Notes under the pieces: model-generated | The model's database searches: none | Told to the model about the DNA's origin: nothing | The model's input: only the letters and a program-made list of their open reading frames with translations | Source of the DNA: the human T2T-CHM13v2.0 reference genome, Homo sapiens | Strand: one strand, 5' to 3' | Assembly (NCBI RefSeq): GCF_009914755.1 | Contig: NC_060935.1 | DNA length: 64,000 nucleotides | Program-made: the position numbers and the translations under genes | Part shown: piece by piece, positions 43,905 to 62,565 of the stretch | Layout: each line of letters opens with the position of its first letter | Position numbering within the stretch: the first letter of the stretch is position 1

Positions 43905-43961
43905 TTTCGAAGACAAAATGATCTTACATCTGTTACTGAGGAAGCTGAGAGCACTCCTTAA
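43905..43961 (+). CDS. MS4A13: MS4A13 last coding exon (FRRQNDLTSVTEEAESTP*); spliced product is 152 aa
   Basis: ttttttttccag|; TAA at 43959-43961; 43+19+40+32+18 = 152 aa. Confidence 0.93.
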   Translation, partial: FRRQNDLTSVTEEAESTP

Positions 43962-44065
43962 AAACCCTAGAAATATGAGAATTTTGCTGTTGCTGATGCC
44001 TGGTGTGGGTCCTAATGATATCTCTGTATAACAAAGCAGTTACGAAGCCTACAGATTTTGTGCAA

Positions 44066-44227
44066 AATAAAATACAAACAAGGTGAATTTTTCTCCTCAT
44101 TCAAAAATGTCTCTGCTTATATTTTTCTAGGCTGCAAGGAAAGTTTTTCCCTATTTAAATATGAGATTATTACAGGATGAATGTGTTATCTAGGTACGCT
44201 GAATAGCTGTCAACTCTCCATAATAAA
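44066..44227 (+). terminator. MS4A13: Candidate MS4A13 polyA signals (AATAAA at 44066 and 44222)
   Basis: First two AATAAA hexamers after the stop codon. Confidence 0.6.
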
Positions 44228-44789
44228 GCTTTTGTAAGAGACTGTAAAAAAGATTCATTATTATCTCTAGAGTGAAGGCTATAAAGACTTGGGCCATGAT
44301 GTCGTATAATTCACAGGAAAACTTTAAATACTTATGTCCATACAAGCAGAAAGCACATTTTACAGTCTGAGTTCTTCTACTTTAACTAGCTTCTATCAAA
44401 GTATGAATCAAAAGGCCTCTAATTCATATTTCCTTCATTGTTCTTTGACTTCTCTTCTCCTTATTTAAAGTTCCTTTCTGCCCTGAACATATCTGCTATC
44501 TTTCTTATCTTTCTTTCCCCTTGCTTCTTTCTTCTTATCATTGTTTGGATCACCTGTTCAACTGCTTTTCAAAGCAGACAGACTGTCCACAATAAGGAGA
44601 ATTTTCTAGAAATCGGTTCTGAATTCAATTCACCCTCTCTTCTAATATGGAATATTACTTCAGAAAGATGTTTCACTAATTGTTATCTAACACTGCAAAC
44701 TAAGGTTACTTGATTCTAAGAATTTCAGCACTTATCTCATTTTTTTTCAGATTGTCTACTGTATGCCAATGAATAATATCTTAAGCTCT

Positions 44790-45645
44790 GGAGTATCAAC
44801 AATTAATAAGGTACCTGATGACAAGGAGACTTATTTTAGGGGAGGAAACAAACAGCTACCAAGTTAAGACTATGTATGACATATAAACAGAGTATAAAAA
44901 AGTAGAAATAAGACAGAAGAAATAATCCTTCAGATGTGAAATAAGAGTAATAAAGCTTTATGAAAGACCCCTGAGCAGGGGATTAGTAGTTTACCAAACA
45001 GAAAGGTAGGAAGACATTTTGAATAGAAGACTTTAGGTTATTAGAAATGTGGGAGAGATCACAGCTAAAATAAATATATTAAAATTTAATGACAGGGAGG
45101 AGGAAGTCAAGAATGAAAGCTGGAGAGATCGGGGGAGGCCAGATAATAAAGAAGTCAAATCATCAAAGAGTTAATACTAAAGTATTGAACTAAATCTTGC
45201 AGACAGTAAGAGGCCATTGGCAAGTAGTTCAACAGGAAAATTATAGGCTTGGATTTACATTGAAAAAAGTATGAAATATGGGAAAATGCATTAGAAAGTA
45301 TAAATTTGATTAAAGCAACTAGATTGTGGGAGGGAAAAATGGATAATTATTGTAGTGATTCAGAGAAGCAGTGAAAAGTGGTAAGTTTTAGCCTGACTGG
45401 CTGATTAAACATGAAGTGTGAAGGAATCTAAAATAATCCCCTAGTTTCTGGATTAGATAAAACCTACAGTGATATAAAGCATATAAGACATAACAGAATT
45501 GGAAAAAATGATCAATTCTATTAGGATAAGTTGAGTTTGAGATAACTAGAGAACATCAAAGTAGAGACGTCAATTAAACAGTTGAAAATACAAATCTGGA
45601 GACAGAGGAAAGATCAGCTATAAACTGATTGATTTTGATGGTAAT
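44790..45645 (-). mobile_element. L2 fragment
   Basis: Degenerate L2 3' region (gttgagtttgagata, cagttgaaaatacaaatctgga). Confidence 0.6.
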
Positions 45646-48600
45646 TAAAAATATTGAGGGGTGACGTCACCACGATGGCAGACTAGAAAATAACCTAATC
45701 ATATCTCCCAGAACAACAACAATTCTGTACCCATTCCAAGTCAAAAGTCTCTCTGCAGGAGCCTCGGGATTCAGGTAGCAGTTTGTCAAATACCCAGTGG
45801 AGCCCAAGACCCAGGAGAATCATTTTTAGAGTGCAGACCAACACCCGAGTGGCTGATTTGCCAAGATTTCTTGTAGATTCAAGCCCAGTAATGTCCTAGT
45901 CCTTGAAGGGGCTTGTTTAAAGTCTCATTTGGCTTTGAGCTTACAACCAAAACCATCTGCCAAGGGTTCTAGAAGGAATCATGCACACCAATGGCTTGGT
46001 GGAAAGGCTTGTCTGCCTGCTGACATTGATCTTGGCAGGGACCCTGAAAAGTGCACTGTGGCTCTGCTTCCGCCTTCCTTAGCTGAGATCCCAGCTCAGA
46101 GCTACTCACACAAGAACCCCAAAGGGAGACTCACTCATCTCTTGTAACCCGGAAATCTGAGCCTCCGTGATGGGCTTGCCAACCTCTGTCCCACAGCATA
46201 TCCCAAGGGGGTCCACTCTCAGCTCCAGTGCCTCTCACTGCAGTTGAGAAACTATCCCATCTGTGCTGAGATCTGCTGGGAAATGAGTACCTGTCTGGGC
46301 CAACAAGATGGGCTTTCCATCCTACATCACATAGGAGATCCCAAAGGAGCCCAGTCTCAGCTCCAGTCCCTTCTACTGCAGTCAAGGAACTATCCCATTT
46401 TTGCAGGGTCCTCCTGTGAGACATGTGCCCTCTGAGCCAACAAGACTGGGCTCTATAACCTTTATCACACAGCAGATCCTGAGGGGGCCCAATCTCAGCT
46501 CTGGCCCCTCTCACTGCAGAGGTGAGGAACTATCCTATCTGTGCAGGAACTTGCTGGGTGGCATGTACCCCTCTACACTGAGATTGACCTCCTCATCCTC
46601 TGTCTCACTGAAAATCCCAAGTGGGCCCAATCTCAGCTCAAAACTCTCCTGCTACAGTAAGGTAGCTATACCAGCATGCCAGCCTCTGTTTCACAGCAGA
46701 TCTTGAAGGGGACCAATCTCAGCTCTGGCCCTTCCTGTAGCAGTCAAGAAACTAGCCCACTTGTGCAGGAATCTGCTGGATGATGCATGCTTATCTGAAC
46801 TGACATGGGCTCACTAGCCTCCTTCTCACAGCAGCTCCCAAAAGGGCCCAGGCCTTTTGCTACTCTTGCTGCACTTGGGGACACAGCCCACCTGTACAGA
46901 GACTTGCTAGGAGGTATGTGCCTATCTGGGCCACTGGGACAGTCATTCAGCATTTTCACACAACCCCAGTACCCTTCTTGAGTCTTTCCCAGGTCCATCT
47001 GGGTCAGAAAACTGTGTCAACCTTGAAGCCTTCAAGAGGTTCACAGTAAGCCTGGGCTTAGGGTGTCTTATAATGCTGAGACAGCTGCAGTGGTCACAGG
47101 CTTTGGGAAAACAACAGTAAGTCAGCTTAGAATCCCTGGAAATCCCTCTAAAGGACAGGCATAAACAAAGCCAGTCTGTGAAGAATGAAATAAATACCTA
47201 ATCCCTCAATGCAGGGATATTGTCACACTTCCACAAGCATCAATAACATTTAGGGAAATATGACCTCAACAAATGGACAAAATAAGGCAGCAGAGACCAA
47301 ACTTAAAATGATGGAGATGTGTGATCTCTCATACAAAGAATTCAAAAAAGCTGCTGTAGGGAAGCTCAATGAACTTTAAGGAACATAGAGAATCCATTTA
47401 GAAATTTATCATAGAAATTTTAAGAGAGATTGAAATAATTAAAATCAAACAGAAATCCTGAAGGTATAAAATACAATGAATGAAATGAAAAACGCAATAG
47501 TGAGCATAAACAGCAGAAGTGATCAAACAGTATAATCAGTGAGCTCAAAGACAGATTATTTGAAAATATACAGTCAGGAGAAAAAAGAATGAAAAAGAAT
47601 AAAGAAAGCTTACAGGACCTATGAGACAACATTAAAGGAGAACATATTCAGGTTATTGGAGTTAAAGAGGGAATTGAAAAAGGCAAAGGGGTAGAAAGCT
47701 TATTCAAATAAACAATAACATAAACTTTCTAAACCTGAAGAAAGATATAAATATCCAGGTGCAGAAAGGTTAAAGGTCATCAATCAGATTCAACACAAAT
47801 AGGAACACCCCAAGACATACAAAAACACTAAAAGGTAAAAGACAAAGAGAGGATTCAAAAAGCAGCAAGAGAAAAGAAAGAAAATATAAGGGAGATCCAA
47901 TACACGTGGCAGCAGCAGACTTCTTAGCAGAAATTTTACAGGCCAGGAGGGAGTAAAACAATATATCCAGAGTGCTAAAGAAAATGCCAGACAAGAACAC
48001 TGTACTCAACAAAGCTATCCTTCAGAAACGAAGGAGAAAGAAAAAGCTTTAACAGACAAACAAAAGCTGAGGAAACATATTGTTACTAGACCTGTCCAAC
48101 AAGAAGTGCTAATGGAAGTTCTTCAAACCCAAAGAATAGAATGCTAAGGTGATTGTTACACTGTTATTGTGATTGTGGTGTTTAAACCATTTATATCTTT
48201 AGTAAGAAGACTAAAAGACAAAACTATTAAAAATAAGAATATTTTAAACTATTAAAAATAAAAATATTGCCTATTTTAAATAGGCAATATTTATCATAGA
48301 AATTTTAAGAGAGATTAAAATAATTAAAATGAAACAGAAATCCTGAAGGTATAAAATACAACTATTTTAAACCAGCATTATTTTTTACACAGTAAATTGT
48401 GACTTCAAAAATTCAAAATGTGGGGAGAGAAGGAAGTTAATGTGTACAGGGTTGTTTTTTTCTTCATGTTATGTGCAATCAGTTCAGTTGGTGACAGTTT
48501 TAAACAACTTGCTATGGCTATAAGATGCTTTATATAAGCGTCATGGAAACCAGAGTAAAAACCTATCACTGATATCCTAAAAATTAAAAGCAATGAATTA

Positions 48601-48959
48601 AAACAATGCTACCAGAGAAAACCACTTACATACAAAGGAAAACAGTATGAAAGGAAGAGAAAAGTTACACAACAACTATAAAACAAGTAGCAAAATGGCA
48701 GTAGTAAGGACTTACCTATCAATAATAACACTGTTATTAAGTAAATTAAATTATCCAATTAAAAGACAAAGAGTGGCTGCATGAATTAAAAACAGAACCC
48801 AACTATATGCTGCATATAAGAAATTCACTTCACTTATAAAGATGCATGCAGATTGAAAGTGAAGGGATGGAAAAAGATATCCCATGCAAAGGCAAACCAA
48901 ACATGAACAGGAGTAGCTATGCTTAGATAATATAAAATAGACTTTAAGTCAAAAATTAT

Positions 48960-49780
48960 GAAAACACATGAAAAACACATGAAAACATATGAAAAAATGC
49001 TCACCATCACTGGCCATCAGAGAAATGCTAATCAAAATCACAATGAGATACCATCTCACACCAGTTAGAATGGCAATCATTAAAAAGTCAGGAAACAACA
49101 GGTGCTGGAGAGGATGTGAAGAAACAGGAACACTTTTACACTGTTGGTGGGACTGTAAACTAGTTCAACCATTGTGGAAGTCAGTGTGGCGATTCCTCAG
49201 GGATCTAGAACTAGAAATACCATTTGACCCAGCCATCCCATTACTGGGTATATACCCAAAGGACTATAAATCATGCTGCTATAAAGACACATGTACACGC
49301 ATGTTTATTGCGGCACTATTCACAATAGCAAAGACTTGGAACCAACCCAAATGTCCAACAATGATAGACTGGATTAAGAAAATGTGGCACATATACACCA
49401 TGGAATATATGCAGCCATAAAAAATGATGAGTTCATGTCCTTTGTAGGGACATGGATGAAATTGGAAATCATCATTCTCAGTAAACTATCACAAGGACAA
49501 AAAACCAAACACCGCATGTTCTCACTCATAGGTGGGAATTGAACAATGAGAACACATGGACACAGGAAGGGGAACATCACACTCTGGGGACTGTTGTGGG
49601 GTGGGGGGAGGGGAGAGGGATAGCATTAGGAGATATACCTAATGCTAAATGACGAGATAATGGGTGCAGCACACCAGCATGGCACATGTATACATATGTA
49701 ACTAACCTGCACATTGTGCACATGTACCCTAAAACTTAAAAGTATAATAATAATAAAATTAAAAAAACAATAAAAAATAA
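48960..49780 (+). mobile_element. 5'-truncated L1PA (about PA3) nested in the L1MA
   Basis: ORF2 C-terminus, 3' UTR (GACGAG diagnostic) and A-rich tail; TSD AAAAATTAT at 48951-48959 and 49781-49789. Confidence 0.9.
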
Positions 49781-51771
49781 AAAAATTATACAAAAAGGCA
49801 AAAAGGCCATTGTATAATTGATAAAGGGGTCACTTCAACAATAGGAGATAACAATAGTAAATATGTATGCACCCAACACCAGAGCACCCAAATATATCAG
49901 CAAATATTAACAGATTTGAAATGAGAGATATACTATAATACAATAATAGTTAGGGACTTCAACAACACACTTTTGGTGGTGGACAGATCATCCATGCAGA
50001 ATATCAACAAAGAAATATTGTAGTTAAACTACACATGAATTCGACCTAACAGACATTTAGAGAACATTCTACCCAACTGCTGCAGAATACACATTCTTCT
50101 CATCAGCAAATGGAATAACCTCCAGGATAGACCATATTTTAGCAACAAAATAAGTCTCAACAAATTCAAAAAAGTAAAAATTGTATCAGGTGTCTTTTCC
50201 GACCACAATGGAATAAAACTAGAAATCAAGAACAAGTGAAACTTGGGAAACTGTACAAATACATGAAAATTAAACAATATATCCTCAAACAACCAATGGG
50301 TCAAGGAAGAAATTAAGAAGGAATTTTAAATACTTTTGAAACAAATGAAAATGGAAACAAAACACACCAGCATCTATGGGATACAGAAAAAGTGTACTAA
50401 GAGGGAAGTTTATACGAATAAATAGCTACATTAAATAAATTTCAAATAAGCAACCTAACAGTGCACCTCAAGAAACTATAAAAGCAAGAATAAACCACCC
50501 TGAAATTAGTAGAAAGACATTTTTAGAAGATCAGAGCAGAAATAAGTGAAATTGAGACCAAAAAACAATACAAAAGATCAGCAAAATGAAAAGTTGAATT
50601 TTGAAAAGATAAAACAAAATTGGCAAATCTTTAGTTAGAATAAAAAGGAGAATAAAAAAGAGAAGCCCCAAATGAATAAAATTGGAGAAGAAAAAGGAAA
50701 CATTACAACTGAAACCAAAGAAGTACAAAGGATCATTAGAGACTATTATGAGCAACTATGTGCCAATAACTTGGATAATCTAGAAGAAATGGATAAATTT
50801 CTGGACACATACAACCTACCAAGATTGAACTATGAAGAAATAGAAAATCTGAACATACCAATAATGAGTAACAAGATCAAAGCAGTTATAATCAGTCTCC
50901 CATCAAAGAAAAGCCCAGGATCTGACAGATTCACTGTTAAAGTCTACCAAACATTGGAAGAAGAACTAATATCAACTCTACTCAAATTTTAAATTTCAAA
51001 AAATTAAAGAGGAGAGAATAGTATTCAACTCATTTATAAGGCTAGAATTACTCTGATACCAAAACCGAACAAGAACACAACAAAAACTACAGGCCAATAT
51101 CCCTAATGAACATAGATGCAAAAATCCTCAACAAAATACTAGCAATCTGAACAACATACTAAGAGAGATTATTTATCATGATCTATTGGAATTAAACCTA
51201 GAGATGCAAAAATGGTTCAACATGTACAAATCAGTATATGTGCTCAATCGTATCAACAGAATAAAGGACAAAAACTATATGATCATTTCAATACAGGCTT
51301 AAAAAACATTCAGTAAAATTCAACATCCCTTCATGATAAAAACCCTCAACAAACTGGTATAGAAGGAACATACCTGCACATGATAAAGGACACATATGAC
51401 AAGCCCACAGCTAATCTCATACTGAACAAAGAAAAACTGAAAGCCTTCCCACTGAGATCTGTAACAAGGCAAAGATGCCCATTTTCACCACTTGTATTCA
51501 AAATAGTACTGGAATTGCTAGCCAGAGCAATTAGGCAAGAGAAAGAAATAAAGGGCACCCAGATTGGAAAGGAAGAAGTCAAATTATCTTTTTTTCCAGA
51601 TGACATGATCCTATATTTAGAAAAATATAAATACTCCATGAAAAAACTCACAGGACTGATAAACGAATTCAGTAAATTTGCAGGATATAAAATCAACACA
51701 TACAAAAAATCAATAGTGTTTCTACATGCAAACAGCAATCAATCCAAAAAATAAATCAAGAAAGTGATCCC

Positions 51772-57895
<6,124 letters not shown>

Positions 57896-60389
57896 AAGAA
57901 AGCAATCCCATTTACAATAGCTACAATTTAAAAAAAAATACCTAGGAATAAATTTAACCAAAGAAGTGAAAGATCTGTACAAGGAAAACTATAAAACTCT
58001 AATGAAAGAAATGTAAGAGAACACAAAAGATAATAAGATATCTCATAATCATGGATTAAAATGATTAATATTGTTAAGACGTCTATACTACCCAAAGAAA
58101 TCTACAGACTCAATGCAATCCCTAACAAAATACCAATGACATTTTTCACATAAATAGAAAAAAATCCAAAAATTCATATGAAACTACAAAATATCCTGAA
58201 TAGCTAAAGTAATCCTGAGCAAAAAGAACAAAGTTGGAGGCATCACACTACATGATTTTAAATTCTACTACAAAAGTATAGTAACCAAAACAGCATCGTA
58301 CTGGCATGAAAATAGATACAGAGACCAATGGAACAAAATAGTGAATCCAGAAATAAATCCATACACTTACAGCCAACTCATTTTCAACCAGGATGCCAAG
58401 AATACACAATGGGAAGAGGACATTCTCTTTAATAAATGATGCTCAGAAAAATCAATATCCATATGCAGCGGAATGAAACTAGATCCGCCTCTCACCATGT
58501 GCAAAAAAGCAACTCAAAATAGATTAAATATTTAAATATAAGTCCTCAAACTCTGAAACTAGTAGAAGAAAACATTGGGGGGAAAACACTACAGGACCTT
58601 GGTCTGGGCAAAGTTTTTTGGGTAAGACTTCAAAAGCACAGACAACCAAAGCAAAAATAGACAAATAAGATTACATCAAACTAAAAAGCTTCTGCACAAC
58701 ACAGGAAACAATCAACAATCTGCACACTAGGAGAAAATATTCACAGTCTCTTCTTCCACACAGGGGATTAATAACCAGAATATATAAGGAACTTGAGCAA
58801 CTCAATAGCAGAAAGCCCAACTAATCTAATTTAAAAATGGTTAAAAGACCTAAATAGACATTCCTCAAGAGAAGACATACAAATACTCAACAGGCATATT
58901 TTTAAAATGCTCAACATTACTAATAATCAGGGAAATAAAAGTCAAAATCACAATGAGCTATCATCTCACCCTAGTTAGAATGGCTATTATCAAAAAGACA
59001 AAAAATAACAAATGTTGGTGGGAATGCAGAGAAAGGGGAATGCCTGTACATCATTGGAAAGAATGTGAAATAATACAACCATTATGGAAGACATTAAGGA
59101 GGTTCCTCAAAAAACTAAAAATAGAACTACCATATGATCCAGCAATCCCACTGCTGGGTATATATCCAAAAGAAAGGAAATTAGTGTATGAAAGAAATAT
59201 CTATTCTCTCATCTTTATTGCAGCACTTTTCATAATAGCAAAGATATGGAATCAACCAAAGTGTCCATTAATGGATAAATGAATTTTAAAATGTGGTATG
59301 TATACAAAATGGAATATTATTTAGCCATAAAAAAGAGTGAAGTTTTGTCACTTGCAACAACATGGAAGAACTGGAGGTCATTACGTTAAGGGAAATAAGC
59401 CAGGCACCAAAAAACAAATACTGAATGTTCTCACTCATATGTGGAAGCTAAAAAAGTTTATCTCATTGAGGTAGAGAATAGAACAGTGTTTAGCAGAGGC
59501 TGGAAAAAGAAGGGAGGAGGGGGTGATGAAGAGAGTTTCATTAATAGGTAAAAAATACAATTAGATAGAAGGAATAAGTTCTGGTATTTGATAGTACAGT
59601 AGGGAAATTAAAGTGAACAATAGTTTACTATATATTTCAAATAGCTAGAAGAAATGTAATGTTCCTAACAAAGAAAAGATAAATTATTGATGTATGAACA
59701 TCCTAATTACCCTGATTTTATTACACACTGTTTACATGTATCAAAATATCACATGTACTTCAAAAATATGTACAACTATGATATAACATTAAAAATGTTT
59801 TTAAATGTTTTAATTTTTAAATATGGAAATAAAAGGGTGTCAATTTCCAGCAGTTAAGGACTAGCTTCCTGCAATCAAAGCCTCCTACAAAGAACAACAA
59901 AAGGAAGCCAATTTTTAAAAATATCATTTGTTTGAAGGCTGGAGATCTGGGATTTAAGGAGACATGCTTCCAGAGTGGAACCAAGAGATAACCCAGGCTT
60001 TTGGCACAACATTTTGCCCAGAGGCATTTTCTAAATCACAAACATCAAATTAGAGGTTAAGAAGTGGAGAAGAGCTTTCATTACTCTCAAAAGATTGTAA
60101 AGAGTAACTATAAACACCCAGGACTTACTGCTGTGATCCTTAAAAGGGCTGTATCCTAACAGTAAAGTTGAACGAAAATAGGCTCTACCTCTAATAGAAG
60201 GATACTCCGACTCAAATCAGGTCAATCACATGATATTAAAGTGAGCTTCACCAAAACTAACATTCTACCAAAAACAAAAATAAATCATTTCAGGAGGAAT
60301 ATAATATCACCCAGAGCATCAAGTTATCACTACAAATTTTCATACACAATGTCTGAAATTCTGTCAACGTAAAACAAGAAATGACTGAG

Positions 60390-62565
60390 TAATGTCATCA
60401 AGATGACAGAGTAGGAGATACCAGCCTTCATCCGTGCTGACCTGCCCCACCGCAAACACACATACATAAACAAAAAACATATATAGATGTCTACCCACAA
60501 ACCAAAATCACCCTGAGAAGACTCAAGGGACCAAGAAAAAATCTGCAGCAACGCAATAGAGCACACAAAATAGAGAATATTCACACAGAAAGGATTGCTG
60601 GTGAGATCAGTATATTTGTGATAACTAGAGATGGCTAGGAACAAAAATGAAATGCAGAGACTATTAGTATCAGCCATGTACAGGAACCACCATCATCCCC
60701 AGTGGCCTGCTCCACAGAAAACACTGGCATCTTTTACTTTTTTACTTTTTACATCCAAGAGACAACTAACAGTCATTCTTGCAGGGGAACCTCAGAGAGA
60801 AAGATGCAGCTGTACACCACTTTCCCCTCCAAAGGCAGCCTCTGTTGAGCCCCTAAAGGAATGGAACCGCTATCTTTCCCAACCCTCAACCCTTGAGTAG
60901 CAGCCGCCCTGCAAGTGCCCACACTCCAGACTTGGGATCTAGGGCTGCACTGCACATACCCACATATCAGACACCAAAGCCATTGCCATAGCAATCTAGT
61001 TCATATTCCAGACCCTGAAGCCAGGGTCTCTTTGAATGTGACCATATTCCAGGCAACAGCCACCATACAGAACTGGGCACCTGAGCCCTGTATCTCTGCA
61101 TATGTCTCTGCTCAGCTCCACAGTTGCTTCACAAGCACCTATGCATTGCATACTGTTACCAACAAGACAGCAAGGGTGCCAGTGCCCAAGCCACCAATGC
61201 CAGTACCACCTCAGATTCAGGATTCATAGACCCTCCACAAGTACCAGTGCTTCAGTGAGATATTGCTCCTCACTGGAGGGCATTAGCTATGGGGGTCCAC
61301 CCGCAGACCCTGACCCAAACAACAGATGAATAAAACCTACACTGATACACAGATAATCTCTTTTGCCAGTCCTGCTGAGTGTCCGACTGCCTGCACACCA
61401 AGAGGGGTTTGTCACTGCGGCCAGCCCTGAGCAGTTCGCACTCCAGGCATTTATTTAGTATACAATAAATAACAAAAGCTCTGAGTCGACACACTTGTGG
61501 ATAATTAACATGGTTAAGAGAGTAGTTCTAGGAATGATTAAAGCTCAGGTACTGCCATCTAAACACTATTAGGGGGCAATATCCCTGGTCGACCTCCCCC
61601 CAAGAGGGTCATCTGGCTCAAAGGTTAGTTAATGGAAGTAGGGTAAACAGACTTAACTGGGGAAGCCTCTATTGTCCCTAGTATTTACCCTATGACCTAA
61701 TGCTCTAAGGTAAGAACTGGTTGCCTTCAGCCTGTTCAATTATTACAAGCTATGTAACCTTTCGGCCTTCCAAAAGGTTTGTGACTATTTCTTATAACTT
61801 TTCCTAATATTTCCCGTTAATATTTCTGCCACCATCCTGAGTGAATCCCAACATTTCAGGCTTCATTTCTATGGCCACTCCACAGGTACCACTCAGCAGA
61901 CATCAGTGCCAATGCCATTTGGGCTTGCAAGTAGGATCCAGTGTCAAGAGAACTTCCATCACTACAACATCAGGATCAAGAAGACCTTAGCAGCTACTAC
62001 CACCATAAACCCCAACAACTCACACTACTGCAACAAACATCCCCACTGTTGCATGCTGAGGATCCATGTAATCTTTGTCAGTACCAAACCCAGCTGACAG
62101 AGCTGCAAAGAGACTGCACAGCTGTGCACTCAGTGATGCCAGAACTGCTGTTGCATCCCACCTAGCAAACACTCTTGCACCTCCTTTTTACCCATAGGAA
62201 AAGGTGTTTATACAACAAAAACTAGTCTGTAAATTCTAGTATAGGTGACTGCTCTACAAATGCACAGAAATCAACATAAGGCAGTAAAGAACATGAACAA
62301 CTAAGTAGACATACTACCAAAATAACACAGTCTCCCAGTAGCTGACCCCAAAGAAATAAAGATGTATAAACTGCCTCACAGACCATTTAAAATAATTGCT
62401 TTAAGAAAGCTCAGCAAACTTCAAGAAAAAACAGATAAACAATTCAGTGAAATAAGGAAAATAATAAATGATCAAATGAATACACTTAACAGAGAGATTA
62501 AAATTATTTTAAACAACAAATTTTGGAGCTGAAAAATACAATAAATGAAGTGAAAAATGCAATAG
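60390..62565 (+). mobile_element. Another old L1M 5' UTR and ORF1 start, interrupted by an LTR
   Basis: gtcatcaagatgacagagtagg start resembles 45660; ORF1-like sequence at 62260-62565 parallels 47270-47500. Confidence 0.7.
61288..61853 (-). mobile_element. ERVK-class solo LTR (LTR22-like)
   Basis: Minus strand begins TGTTGGGATTCACTCAGGATGGTGG, has AATAAA and ends ...GGACCCCCATA; family assigned from memory; no clear TSD. Confidence 0.65.

Noticed and set aside
46150-46950. Repeat-spacer appearance suggesting a CRISPR-like array (also the SVA VNTR)
   Set aside because: Units are diverged full-length tandem monomers without unique spacers, there are no cas genes, and the DNA is human.
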